Assembly (NCBI GenBank): GCA_951406725.2
Contig: OX597815.1
Span: 19,654,001-19,718,000 of the forward strand
DNA: 64,000 bases
Origin: Octopus vulgaris
Lineage: Eukaryota
Direction: 5' to 3'
Position numbers and translations under genes: made by a program. Positions 41,200 through 55,189 of this stretch are shown here, in pieces. The notes under the pieces are model-generated. The model was not told the DNA's origin. It was given only the letters and a program-made list of their open reading frames with translations, and searched no databases. How positions within the stretch are numbered: the first letter of the stretch is position 1; each line of letters starts with the position of its first letter.

Positions 41200-43577
41200 A
41201 AATAAATAAGTGATATAATTTCATATCAAATTTTACACGCGCTGGTTAAAAAGTTATGTTATCTGGAAACAATGAACCGCACGCAACATACTGTTTGAGT
41301 TATCCCCCACCCCAATTCTTGGAGCATACACCATTTTACTTTTATTTATTCATATATTTGTTGCCAGAGTTAACCACCTTCGACATTTTAAAATGAAAAC
41401 CACTGCAATTATAGGTCCCCTGTTATAAGATTAATTACCTGATCAAAATGTAATTTGTTACATTGACAGCACCAACAGTACTAATCCTTCATGAACAACT
41501 GTTTTAAATCATCGCTTACTCTTCAAAGTATATTATTGTCCAGATTATAGGTAATCTAACTACCACCGTTTTGACCATCGTAGTTCCCAGCTTTTATGAA
41601 ATGATCGCTAACAACACTGCAAAGTTTCATTATCTCGACAGCATCAGCCCTTGTGGCCAATAAAAGAAATCATTATATCGTGCAAGTGAGAACATTAAAT
41701 ATCAATTCTACTATATCCAGCAACATTTAATTACGTGGGTCTCCTAGCAACATTAAATCACCTGAAGTGTCAAGTAGACACCAGAATCCTTAATCAACCA
41801 ACTACATTCAACATACAATTGCCTAAGACTCGGAGCAATATTAGATTGCCCCCAACATTAAATTAACTCAGTCATTCAGTAATACTTAATTACTCCATAC
41901 TCTAACATTAACATCACAGAAGAACATTTGAAATGAAGCCTTTATCTAGAATATTTCGATTTTCTCGTTCTTAAAGAATGTGATGAGGTATTCATGCAGT
42001 AAAGTTTACAATGAATTCATCGTAAAAAACAAATAAATTGCTTTCCATATGACCGTCATTAATTTATCTATATGGAAATAGATTAATTTTAAATCGATAA
42101 ACCTGTTAAGATGTGCGCTCTTAGGAATCAAATTGTTAGATATACATTAAATACACAATGAGAGAGGAAATTATATTTTTATTCGCACACAGAGACGCGT
42201 TGTGGATGATTTTCACTGAGTAAACGGATCCTAATCAACGATTAAAACCTTTGGCAATAGTAAGAAATTACTTTAGCCATTCTCAATACAGATCTTATTT
42301 TTAAATCAGCTAATAGGAATTAGTTCATTTCATAAGGATCAATGCCAACATGTTACAAGATGAGCGGATGTATCGTCGCTTGAACAACGTGCATTACTAA
42401 TACAAGCTACTCGGGATTAGTGAAGCTAAAAGTAAAACTGATCCTCGGATCAAACGACCCTAGTCACCAGAAATATGTAACTAACAAAGCATGATTATAG
42501 AATTTACTTTGCAGAGTTGAGATGGTAGCTGTGACAGACAATTGTGATGATGTTTTTTTCTTTCTAACACCATTTTCTATTTTCATAATTATGATAATTT
42601 TGATATTGTATGAAGCTTAGAATGTTTAGTGGAATAAATAAATCCAAGGATGTTTTGGAAATTTTCAAAGATAATAGAGATCTAATAGGGTCGTCAATAA
42701 CGTGTAGGCGTATTACAAACATATTCCAATGAATTATTTCTACATCTAGCTCTAGGCATATTTTTATAAGAGCCATTGAAATATTTTAAAGTGACTTATT
42801 GTCGTATATTCTTGTTCTCGTGTAACTTCAAACCAGCTGCGACTGTTTAAGCCTTGGCACGTAGGGAAATAAAAGAGGTAATCTACAGATTTATTAATTA
42901 GATAAGCCATATGTACGGCTAATTGATGACAGATTTGAAACTAGGAAAATTCGATCCCACCACGTGGTGCTTTGAGTAAATAATATTTTTTGTAATAAAG
43001 GTTCGATAGAAGCTATGTAACTGACATAATATTAATGGAAGCGGCGTAGAATCCCGCTGGCAAAAAACAATTCTGTTTTTCAGTGGCAGACTTTCGAGAT
43101 AATGATTTCTTTCATTGGTCACAAGGGCTGATGCTGTCGAGATAATGAAACTTTGCTGTATTGTTAGCGATCATTTCGTAAAAGCTGGGAACTACGATGG
43201 TCAAAACGGTGGGAGGGTTAGATTACCTATAATCTGGACAATTGTATACTTTGAAGAGTAAGCGATGATTTAAATCTGTTGTTCATGAAGGATTTGTACT
43301 GTTGGTGTTGTCAATGTAACAAATTTCATTTTGATCAAGTAATTAATCTTATAACAGGAGACCTATAATTGCGGTGGTTTTTCATTTTAAAATGTCGAAG
43401 GTGGTTAACTCTGGCAATAAATATATGAATAAATAAAAGTAAAATGGTGCCTGCTCCAAGATGTGGGGTGGGGTATAACTCTAACAGTATGTTGCATGCG
43501 GTTCATTGTTTCCAGATAACATAACTTTTAACCAGCGCGTGTAAAATTTGATATGAAATTATATCACTTATTTATTT
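41200..43577. repeat. About 480-bp inverted repeat (41200-41680 / 43095-43577) with 1.4-kb spacer
   Basis: Colinear reverse-complement match along the whole arm with scattered substitutions. Confidence 0.95.
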
Positions 43578-45307
43578 CTATCCGGTTTCACACCACCACC
43601 TACTCTTTGGACGTTGTTAGCAGAGTCTACTTTGTTGCGAACAGTTTGTCCGGGTTATCCACCCTGATGATAACATCCTCTCTTCCATCTTCCAGTTTCA
43701 CAAATCCTGAAAAGCATCATGGTTTTGCCTCTTAACATTCGAACAAGACTTTTAAAACAATTTATAGCAGTTTAAGCAAGTTTTACTCTTTTCACTCTCC
43801 AGCCTATTCTTGTATAACAAATCAGCATTGATTCAACATACCTATGGTCTGCAGGTAATCATCCGAACAATTAAGTTCAATCGATTGTAAATAGCTCCGG
43901 ATATCCTATGCCTCTATCTAATACAAGATCATACTCGATAAACAGTTTCAGGCAATAAACTTACATTTTTTGTTTGTGTATATGTGTTTTAATGTCTGTC
44001 TGGACAAAATGGATTCCCTGGATGGTTTTGTACGATAATTAATATACAATATCGATGCTCGGCTTAATGACTAGTGCTCTTGCATTGATTTTATGATATA
44101 TGTCCTCTTGCATCCGAAGTTCAAATGCTGGTAAGGTCAATTTTAACTTCTATGTTTCAGGGTCGATAGACTTAAATATCAGTCAATCACTAAGGCTGAT
44201 TTGACCAACTACATATTATTACACCTCTTTCAACATTTGTGACTGTGTACCTATATAAGAAATTAATATGCTGTAGTTTAATGATTAATTTATTATATAT
44301 ACTTTGTAGTTCAAAGATGGTGTTGGATAACTTGAGGCTAACAACATTGACATCATTATTAACAACTACAAGAACAACACTATTCTACATGTCTGATTTT
44401 ATTAAACAAAAGAGGACGCTTGCTTTTGATTGGCGTTCCACTCAGTAACGTTGTGTCTCTGAAACTAGGATTAAGTACATGCCCTAACCCCGTTCTCGAT
44501 TAGGGGTTAATAAAAAGACTTCTCATACGAGTCAAATGAGATACAACAACATCTGTTATCTCGTGCCAACTGCTATATATATATATATATAGTCTTTATG
44601 CAACTGTAAATTGTCGGCTTCGACACAGGCACAAAGCCTCAATCTTTAGTTAGGGAAAGATGAAAAGGCAAATTAAATCTATCTTGGTACTTTGACTTTA
44701 TTTTATCGATCATCGGAACTGTAGAAGAGAAAGTCGACATCGGTAGGATACAAAATCTAAACTTATAAGAAAATATTTAAATAACAGAAATCCTTTAGTC
44801 TGACATCCTAACGGTTCTGCGAAGATACTGAATCATAAAAAGAGAAAAAAAAATTAACAGCGAGAGGAAATATAAAGGTTATTAAAAGACGTAAGATCAT
44901 ATTTAACGCATTCAGGAAAAAATTTGGAAGTTAGGTACAGAGTATGTAAGGCGTCGTGAAATGTATCAAAACTTTTTATTGAATATTGTAACTTTTTATT
45001 TAATATTTGCAACACAGCAGCAAATTTGGGAGAGTAACAAAAATGAAGAAATAAAAATATAAGAAAATAATGAAACAGATGATCAAATTTATGCCCCACA
45101 ATGCAATATGTGAGTTAGTATTTTTAGGCCAGTATCTTCATATGTGTGTGTGTGCGTGTGTGTGTACATGTATATGAGTCTGATTAATGTAAGTATATAT
45201 ATATATATATTAATAAAAGGAATTCCAACCTTGTCTGATTTTCACATTTTATTTACAATCTTATAAAAATAAAATAAAATAATAGAATGTTAAATGTTCC
45301 TTCTGAT

Positions 45308-45352
45308 TGAACTAGTACTTTCATGCATTAAATTCTGCAATCTTCAGGTTCA
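45308..45352 (-). ncRNA. Minimal type-I hammerhead motif in a TA-flanked 180-bp element (45211-45390)
   Basis: UGAAC-CUGAAGA-U-UGCA[GAAUUUAA]UGCA-U-GAAA-GUAC-U-A-GUUCA. Perfect 5-bp helix I and palindromic AGUACU helix III. Confidence 0.78.
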
Positions 45353-45387
45353 TGAAGTAGTGGTGACAGTCATACTTCACAATTTTT

Positions 45388-45441
<54 letters not shown>

Positions 45442-45524
45442 ATGGATGGATACAAACACACACATCACATACACGCATGTATATAAATATATATAATATA
45501 AATATCCATGTGTTTATATATATG

Positions 45525-45583
<59 letters not shown>

Positions 45584-45960
45584 CCATTACATAACATTCT
45601 ATTGTTTCAAAAGTGGTCGGAATATTAGAACTGGGAGGCTTTGAATCACAGGACAACTCAGCTAAGGGTGTCCGGTGAACAAACATAAACATCAACAAGC
45701 CAATCAAAACCGACCATTTTGGCTGAGTGCTCAGTACTTGCTTAATTGTACTCAGTACAATTTTCACTGACTTGCAAATAACAGTTATCTATATTACTTT
45801 ATATATATATATATATATATGTTTGTGTGTGTGTGTGTGTGTTTTGTGTGTGCATGTGTTTGTGTCCATGTATGTATGTATATAATATATTTATAGATAT
45901 ATATATACATATATATCTATATCTATGCATACATATATATACATACATGTATAAACTTAT

Positions 45961-45991
<31 letters not shown>

Positions 45992-46428
45992 CATATACAT
46001 ACTTATATATATATATATATACGAGAGAGAGAGAGGGGGGAAGACATAGATAGACAGGTGTATGTGTGTGTGATTGTGTTTGTGTGTGTGTGTGTGTGTG
46101 TGAGTGTGTATGCAAGTGTCTTCCTATCGATATTGCCATGAAATAATCTTGCCATTATCTCAAGATTATGAAATATAACGTAAAGACAGAAATACCACGA
46201 CCGTACTATTCTGACGTAAAGCAGAGGAAATGCAACAGAAAGACGCTGAAAGACTGGTAGTTGTAATGGAGTGGTAGTAAATAGCAATTTTACGCGAGGG
46301 ACAGAAACGTTATTTTTCCTTCCGGTTAGTTTTTGTTTTATCACACTGTTTCTGCCTCGTTTTCTATTTCATCAGCGCTGTTTTCTCCTCACACTGCCTC
46401 ATACGCATATCACAAGCACACATGCACG

Positions 46429-46478
<50 letters not shown>

Positions 46479-46540
46479 CACATACTCACACACACACAAA
46501 GTCATGATTCTTTACCACCTCCGTTTCTGTCTCTTGTCTT

Positions 46541-46585
<45 letters not shown>

Positions 46586-46866
46586 CTTAGTTATCTTCTT
46601 CAGAAAACAAATTATAAGCACTATATATTTGATCAACCTCCTCAGTTAAATTCCTTATATATAATATAAATTGTACGTTTGAAAGTGGGGTTTCAAATGA
46701 CATTGAAATTAGAAAATTATTCATTAACCGGTACATATTTAAATTTGTATATATTTATAAAATATTCAGGTATTAAGGTCTGTGAACCTATCATTTCCAT
46801 AATGATTGACATAGCACACACACACACACACACACACACAAACATATATATATATATATAGAAAGG

Positions 46867-46910
<44 letters not shown>

Positions 46911-47000
46911 TGTATGTATATGTATATATATACATGTATGTATATATATATGTATATATACGTATATATATATATATGCATATATATATATAAACATGTA

Positions 47001-47051
<51 letters not shown>

Positions 47052-47116
47052 GCACAAGCAGCCAAAATCATGAAAAGAGGCGAGCATATCCCGGTCTCAG
47101 TCTAATATTACGTACT

Positions 47117-47152
<36 letters not shown>

Positions 47153-47863
47153 TATATGTTGTAAGCTTGAGTGCGCGCGCACGTACGTAAGAAGTTTGAT
47201 CACATATACATGTCAATAATTCCAGCAACATCTCAAAGTATTGTCTTACTCTCCATTTTTTTTTTTTTTTTTTTTTACCTATTCTCTTTAGTATTCTTAC
47301 TCATTCTCTCTTTCCAATACCTTTTAATATATATTTTGGCAACTTTTGGTTTTTTTACCTTTCCGCTTTGTTATTCCTGTATACCTCTTTTTTTGTTTTT
47401 GTTTTTTTGGGGTTTTTTTCTAGCTTTCTTTCTATATACCTTCAGACATTTCGATCTTATACGCTTCTGTTACTTCTCCCTCTTCTATATATTTCTCCTC
47501 CCTATCCTTCTATTTCACTAGTTATTTAACCCTCCTTCTATCCATCAATGCAGTAATCTAGCTCTCTACCTGGCTGACTGACTGCCTCTCTATCAGTCAA
47601 TCTATCTTTTTTTTTCCCCTGACATTTTGTCACACTTAGTACATATCTATTTTGGTATTTATATCATTGTGTTAGAAGTTATACTGCGTACATACCATAT
47701 TGTGTCACTGTAAACATGCATGTGTGCATGCATACATGCTTATTTATATTGGTGTACGTTAGTGTATATGTGTGTTGGCATGTTTATACATACATATATG
47801 TGTGAATGAGTGATTGTATGCATATATATACACATACACACATATAGATATATGAAAGTAATG

Positions 47864-47909
<46 letters not shown>

Positions 47910-48416
47910 GTATGTATTGTGTGTTTGTGTGTGTGTGCGTGTGTATGTGTATGTATATATTAAATAATAATATATATATAATATCTATTATTGTGCTTTC
48001 TTACGAAATATATAGAACTGCTAAAAAGATGTGGTCTTATCGAACCCGAGACACAAGACAAGAATTAAGATATAAATTAGGCCATCATACTCATATATTT
48101 ATAAATTCGACTTAAAATCTGTATACATTTATTAATATATATCTAGACATATGAATCATTTTTTTAAATATTCATGAAATATAAATATACATATATAAAT
48201 ATACATAAAAATACATATAAATAAAACCCGTGAGGGGTACGTATGGAAAGAAGTATGACAAAAAGAGGACTGATAAAAAGAAGACAGAAAATAGTTTTTT
48301 GTACCGAAGGTAAGAGCGGTTAAGAATTTCGATTAAAAGATCCATAGATTTCAGTGTGTGTTTTTTTTTAAATATAAATGGTATATAAGGTATATAATAC
48401 AGTTTGTGGAGGTTCA

Positions 48417-48507
48417 CTTTCAACGGCCGTTTCTAGTGCTCGTATCCTGGTAGAAAAATTATTAAATCTTACAAACCATGTGGACAACGTCCCCTTCGTC
48501 AGGAAAG
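48417..48507 (-). ncRNA. Hammerhead motif with long, degenerate helix II
   Basis: CUUUC-CUGACGA-...about 60 nt...-GAAA-CGGCCG-U-U-GAAAG. Perfect 5-bp helix I, palindromic ACGGCCGU helix III, poorly paired helix II. Confidence 0.55.
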
Positions 48508-49269
48508 GTATCCTCATAAAATTACATTCTTGACAATTCTTGACACTTTTGATTCTTACAGAATGATGGATATATATACATATAAAAAGATTTTCCCCCT
48601 ACGTATGCAAATGAGTGGAGAGCATGGGATGGTGGGACAAGTACATTAACCTATTGAGACTTAATTCTGACTAAACACAGCACAATGGAATTTTCAGTGT
48701 GCTAAGAGCTAAAATGCCTCCTGTTGCAGGCATTCTGTCAAGTCCTTCAATATGTTTGGTTTTATAATTTTTCAAGAAAGTGGTATGGAATTTATGACTA
48801 CATGAGGGAATCGCATCAGAGAATTTATTTAATGTATTTAAGCCATATGATCTAAGGATAATATACCATTCCCTTATACATAAGCTGAATAATCAGTGTT
48901 GCTATCTCTTAGACTGTGTACATATGAGGCGAGAGTTGTTGAGTTTTTATACTTTAATAAAGGAATTTAAATGGGCTCTGTATCTACTCTTAAAATCAAT
49001 AGTGCTTCCTATATAAACTTTAGTTTTTTGGTTATCTGCTTTTACTATATCTCATCTTATCAATCCTTTTTCTCACATTTTCTTCCATACTTATCCCACA
49101 TGGGTTTTATTTATATGTATTTTTACGTATATATATATATATATGTTTAGATTTTATGAATATTTTTTTATATTTATATGTGTCTATATGTATTAATATG
49201 TATATGCATTTTAAGTCGAATTCATAGAAGTATGAGTATGATTGCCCAATTCGTGTCTATATCTTAATC

Positions 49270-49309
<40 letters not shown>

Positions 49310-50740
49310 CATGTATATATGTTGTTATGCTCAGCGTAGTGTAACTCGTAATTACTGAAATATATTTAAGTACTTGAAAGTCTTTGAGAGTGTACAACAA
49401 TCTAAACATTCCTTCCATATTTTCGACGTGTAGAAAAGCAACTGGGTGTAAGGATATCCTGACTACTGACTTCCCAAAGATAACGTACCCAATCTTCCCC
49501 ACCCCCAGTCGATAGCACTGAGAATCCAGGATAAAGCTCTCACGAATTAATCTGCTTTACTAAGGAGGACAAGTTAATTTGGATATTTGTACCTTAGACC
49601 GTTCATCGTTAATTATTATAATTTCATCCTCAACACAGTGTGAATCAGATCTGCTGAAATACATTGAAACATTAGAAATCTTTATCTATAATAATGAAGT
49701 ATAACAATGAAAATAAATTTCTTCTCTGCTTTCGATATACCTAACAAAGAGGGGAGTTAGGGAACCTCTTGACGACTTGGATTTCGGTTACGTTTTTCTC
49801 TTCTAATGTGAGAGACATCACAAACTCAATTGCCCGAGAAATACAAAGATAAATTTAAGGTAATTTCAATAAAAGGTTAAAATGAAACTAATCGAAACCT
49901 AACATCCCTTTAAACACCATCCATTTAACTTACAGTTTTATAATTAATAACTCCCATCTCTTATCAACTATATCTGATATATATTCTTGACTGATGTCTA
50001 CAATATCAAGAGGAAAACATTAGTTTCCTTGTCTCACTCCCAAATTACAGACATTTTCAAATAGCGCTATCAAACCCTAAATATTTATCTTTTGCTTATA
50101 AACACTTATCTGATACGTCTAAAATGCATTGATTCTGTATCAAAATTGACCATCTTCTTTTAAATACACTCACTGTAAATATGTGCGCTTAATTCTGTTT
50201 CTATTTCCGGTGTGTGCTCGTCTTGGATGAACACAGCTACATGTGAAAATAAACAGAGAAAGGAACTAAATTCTGTGTAATGTATACACAGCAAATACAT
50301 ACAGTAACTGTAGATGTGAGTGGGTCTGTGGCTTAGTGATATACGTTATGGCACCGTTTATTTGCTATCGCACAGAGCCGTACAATCCTTCCTTCTTTCA
50401 ATCTACCAAAGAGTCAATATTTGTATTAGAAGTAAAGTTCATGCAATACAGTCATTAGTTATGGACTTGACGTGTATGCATTAGTTAGCTTTTTTTTAGT
50501 GAACAAGTCCAAACATAAATAATAGAGAACATATAAGAAGGACTGCAAAATACTCTCGTAGTTGTGAATATGCAGAAGTATACAAGCACGCACGCATGCG
50601 GAGGCAATTGTACACCTACGTAAATATATCTGTTCATATATATCTGTGTGTGTCGTGTAAACATATACGCAAACGCCTATACCTACTCAGTCATATATAA
50701 ATACATGATTGTGAACCTATATATATGTGTATATACATAT

Positions 50741-51007
50741 GTGCAGGAGTGGCTGTGTGGTAAGTAGCTTTCTTACCAACCACATAGTTCCGGGTTCAGT
50801 CCCACTGCGAGTGGATTTGGTAGACGGAAACTGAAAGAAGCCCGTCTGGTGTGTTTACGTCCCCGTCACTTAGCGGTTCGGCAAGAGAGACCGATAGAAT
50901 AAGTACTAGGCTTACAAAGAATAAGTCTTGGGATCGTTTTGCTCGACTTCAAGGCGATGCTCCAGCATGGCCGCAGTCAAATAACTGAAACAAATAAAAG
51001 AATAAAA
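50741..51007 (+). mobile_element. SINE family A with two internal deletions
   Basis: Junctions CCCACTGCG|AGTGGATTTG and GCCCGTC|TGGTGTGTTT relative to the 35613 copy. Confidence 0.9.
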
Positions 51008-52609
51008 ATATATACATATATACATACATTCATACATACATACATATACCTATATATTTAATATTATATTATAACTATTATACATAAGTGAATATGTATA
51101 TAATATATTGTAAGATATTTATATGTGAGTACGTATGTTTATATATTTATGTATGTACTTATATTATTGACATTACAAAATTCTGATCCTTCCTTTGTCA
51201 GTATCTAGATTGGCATGTGACAAACACTGTAAAGAATAGATAAGTTTGAAACGAATCGCGTTTGTAAATCACTGTTGATTCTTGTTTGAAATTAACTCCA
51301 TTTTGTGTAAGTATGCACAAGGCAGATCACGTATGCCCTTGATAAAGACATGAGCCTCACATTGCATTCTCTGTTAAATATGTAATCTTGTGACAAATAA
51401 ATCAATATCTATACGCTGTTAGGCTTACCTTTTGTCAATAGCTATACATATATCAAGTTTAAAGTATCATTGATACCATAAAAGATTTTATACTGGGTAG
51501 GATTCTTGATATATTCCTTCGTTGAGTCAATGTCCACAGTAAATCAAGCGAATGTGTATTATCACTATCGACACACGTATATTCAACCTGTCTGCGTCAT
51601 TGTGTCACATCACCATTACCATTCAGGAAAAAGATATGACGTTACATGTTACCTTCTTGTGAATCGATAGCATTGATTTCCTTTGACAAGACATAGACAA
51701 AATACACACACACGTACTCACACGCATACATGCACTCACACAGAGGCACCCGTATGGCGTTAGTTTTCTCAAGAGAAGGAGTGTATTCATTTGCTTCGAC
51801 ACCAATGTATTACTGGTGTTTCTACAATTATTTCATTCGTCACTGACAGGTGAATCTTGAGTTTGACAGCATTTTCACATTGTAAAAGAATAATCTAAAC
51901 GCTGTAAAAATGTGGTTCCTCGCTCTCCAATATTTCCCAGTTCTCTCCCGCTGTGAAGAATTATAATAAAAATGCAGAGGATAAATTATACTTTAAATAG
52001 TAGTAATAAATATTATTTTTTAAACTCTATACTGATTAATCAATATTAATGTTATACTTTCATCATTTTTTTCTTTTAATATTTCATAAAAATTCCTAGA
52101 AATAATTCCGAAAACGTTACCATAGAATCCTTCTACAATATCTGAGTTTGCAATGATATAGAAACGTCCTGCAATCCACTGCATTAGACACACAGTTAGA
52201 TGTAATTAGCTACCAGAACACGAGAATCACTTCAGCTCTAATAGATTGATTGGCAATGCTTTCCTTCTCGTATCCCACTAAATAAGCATTCTTCATGGAA
52301 CTCTCTTTAGTAATTGTATTAGTTCTCTTTACGGTCGATGAAACATTTGCCAAACTAAGGAATTCTCAAGCAACTTCTCTTAACTTCATTTGTTAACGTC
52401 TATTGCTTGCATTCGGAATTTCAGACGAAGAAAGTAGCTCAGGCATAATGCAGTTGGCCTCATATGAGCAGATCATTTAACAAGCAGAGTATATTATAGT
52501 TTCGAACCCTACATTCCCGATTATATCGCTTTTATATCCTCAAATATATTTATTAAGATGGTTAAGAATTATACATTTGCATATACACATATTCGTATAA
52601 ACACGCACT

Positions 52610-52653
<44 letters not shown>

Positions 52654-53166
52654 TATGTGTGTGTATTTATGTCTGTGTGTATGTGTGTGTGTGCGAGTTT
52701 GTGTGTGTTTTTGCGCGTTAGAACTGAAAACTACTCTAACTAGAATAAATAGCTCAAAATTAATTTATATTAAAGCTTTTAAAATAATTGATTAAAGAAG
52801 ATAAAATTGCATATATTCCATTCTGAAATACTATAGTGTATTAAGCACATATACGAAGGTGTTGCATCCAAGTTTACCTTTTAGAGCATATCAAACGATT
52901 AAAATAAAATCTTGAATATTCTGTGTAGCAAAAGCGTAAACATTCGCGATACCTGTTAAGGTGTGTTGTTTTAACAAATAGTATTTTCAAACCTTTCAAT
53001 TGTTTAGTCAGCGAGGTTTTTTTTTTTTGGTTGTATAATAATGAGTGAGCTCAGGGATATTCCATGTAACGATATAATAGATGGGTTTTGTTTCCAATCC
53101 TTATATGAATTTAAGAGAGTATTTCGTCAGTACTACCGTCGTGGTTGCATAACATGAGAGTATACT

Positions 53167-53374
53167 AAGTCGGCGAGCTGGCAGAATCGTTAGCACGCCG
53201 GGCGAAATGCTTAGCAGTACGTCGTCTGCCGCAACGTTCTGAGTTCAAATTCCGCCAAGGTCGACTTTGCCTTTCATCCTTACTGAGGTCGATACAATCG
53301 ATTTAATCCGTTTGTCTGTCCTTGTTTGTCCCTTGTGGGCCCTTGTAGCCCATTGTGGGCAGTAAAGAAATAAG
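53167..53374 (+). mobile_element. SINE family B with internal deletion
   Basis: 16-bp TSD AACATGAGAGTATACT at 53151-53166 and 53375-53390. Confidence 0.93.
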
Positions 53375-54239
53375 AACATGAGAGTATACTTGTGCTATCT
53401 AAAAATCAAATGATATGAGATGAGACTAATATATATCATTGATGGATTATTAGTTTCCCGTGTTGCCTGGCGAATAATAACTTTAAGTTGCCATTTACAG
53501 TCTATAAAGACATAATGCTATCGCAACAGCATATGATTGAACATATAATTTTAATGCAATTTTTAATATATATTTTGTAGTATTTGTGTTTCGAGTAAAT
53601 GTTTCTTTAATCAAGTGTCGAATATTTTCAACACCGTTGTACTACAGCTAATTTATTCGGTGATTTATACCATATAATTTTTCTTATCTTGGTCCTTTTG
53701 TCATTTTCTATATAACTTAATTTTCTGTCGGAATTAATGCTGAAGAGAGCACCATTATTATAAGTGAAGATTTTAAAAGTTACTTGATCTGGAGAGCATT
53801 TTGATAACCAAAGAGAATCTTGCGTTCATTAATTATATTCTGTTATATATATATTAATTATATTCTGTTAATTATATAAGTTCATTAATTATATTCTGAA
53901 GCTAAGCCGAACATTTTGCAACAGTTTTAAGTACATGTGAGTGATTTCACTTCTACCATATTTTATATAGATATCATTCTAAAATAATCTCAAAAATTCT
54001 AAAATTATTCCGATACATTTTCTTAATATATCATAATTGCGTAACTAAACTAGATAAATGGAATTTGTTACAATTCCCAGGAAAAAGAAAACTTACTCCA
54101 ATTTTAGTGGCTTTGCAACTTTTCCTAGCATCAATTCATCTTTGTACTGTATCCGTCTTATCTCTCACACACACACACACACACACTCACACACACACAC
54201 AAACACACATCCATACGCAAACATACATATATACATATA

Positions 54240-54621
54240 CTAGCAGTATCGCCCGGCGTTGCTCAGGATTGTAAGGGAAATAACTATAAAGCATTTTTAG
54301 AGAGTTATAGCCAAAAAATAGCAAAAAAATGGAAAAAAAATTATGGTAAATTTTTTTGAGAGTTAAAAAGGTGGAGTTGCGTCCCCTAGACGGTCTGTGG
54401 TTTGGGTTTCTGTTTCTCGACCCCATGTCGAATTTATCGATTTTTTTCAGAACTGGGGGAACTTTTCAAAATTTTCGCTGCGTTAGTTTTGAATTATGAC
54501 ATTGGGCTATGTGTGTGTCAAGTTTCATCAGAATCGGTTGAAAGCCGTGGTCAGAGTGAGGGTACGAGAAAACAGACACACAGAAAATGCACAGACAAAC
54601 TGCCGTTTATATAGAGAGAGA
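54240..54621 (-). mobile_element. Non-autonomous Helitron
   Basis: Minus strand starts TC(TCTCTCTATATAAACGGCAG) and ends CCTGAGCAACGCCGGGCGATACTGCTAG (GC-rich subterminal hairpin, CTAG end). Inserted between A and T with no TSD. Confidence 0.88.
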
Positions 54622-55189
54622 TGAATATACAGACACATAACACATATGTTTCGAAGAGTCTGAGTTTGGTGAAGCCCGAAAAGAATTCTGTTTGATGACC
54701 TAATTTACTTGTGCACTCGAAATTCTATCATGCAAATGAACCGAAACGGAAATTCATCAAAGAAAGCTCACTTAATTCTGACAATTCATACATTTAATAT
54801 GCCACATAAATACAAGTTCGAATCATGACTATGCTAGCTAAAGTTATTTTTCCTTTAAATTGTATTTTGTTTTTCAAAAATGTCACAATATTAATGCTAT
54901 TTTCAAGTCATAAAGATAACTGAGATTTCTTAATCAATTATTTATCTATCATAATTATATTTTCACATATATTCTATAATACCACCATTTATTTATAAAA
55001 TCATATTTATCAAAAAATGCTAATTCAATTCACGTACACGAGTACCTAGCATATACATTCTGTGTGTTTTCTTTTGTTTACGATGGGGTCAACAAGATTT
55101 GTTTGTACTCTTTGAGATGTTTTATAGATTTCAGGTGTTATCTTTACTTAATGGCAAGTGTTAGATTGTTATATAGAATGAGACATCGT

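Noticed and set aside
40011-53900. Small tandem duplications (32-bp unit at about 40011-40076; TTAATTATATTCTG x3 at about 53828-53898)
   Set aside because: Ordinary slippage products. They are not repeat-spacer arrays, and there is no CRISPR-like structure in the window.
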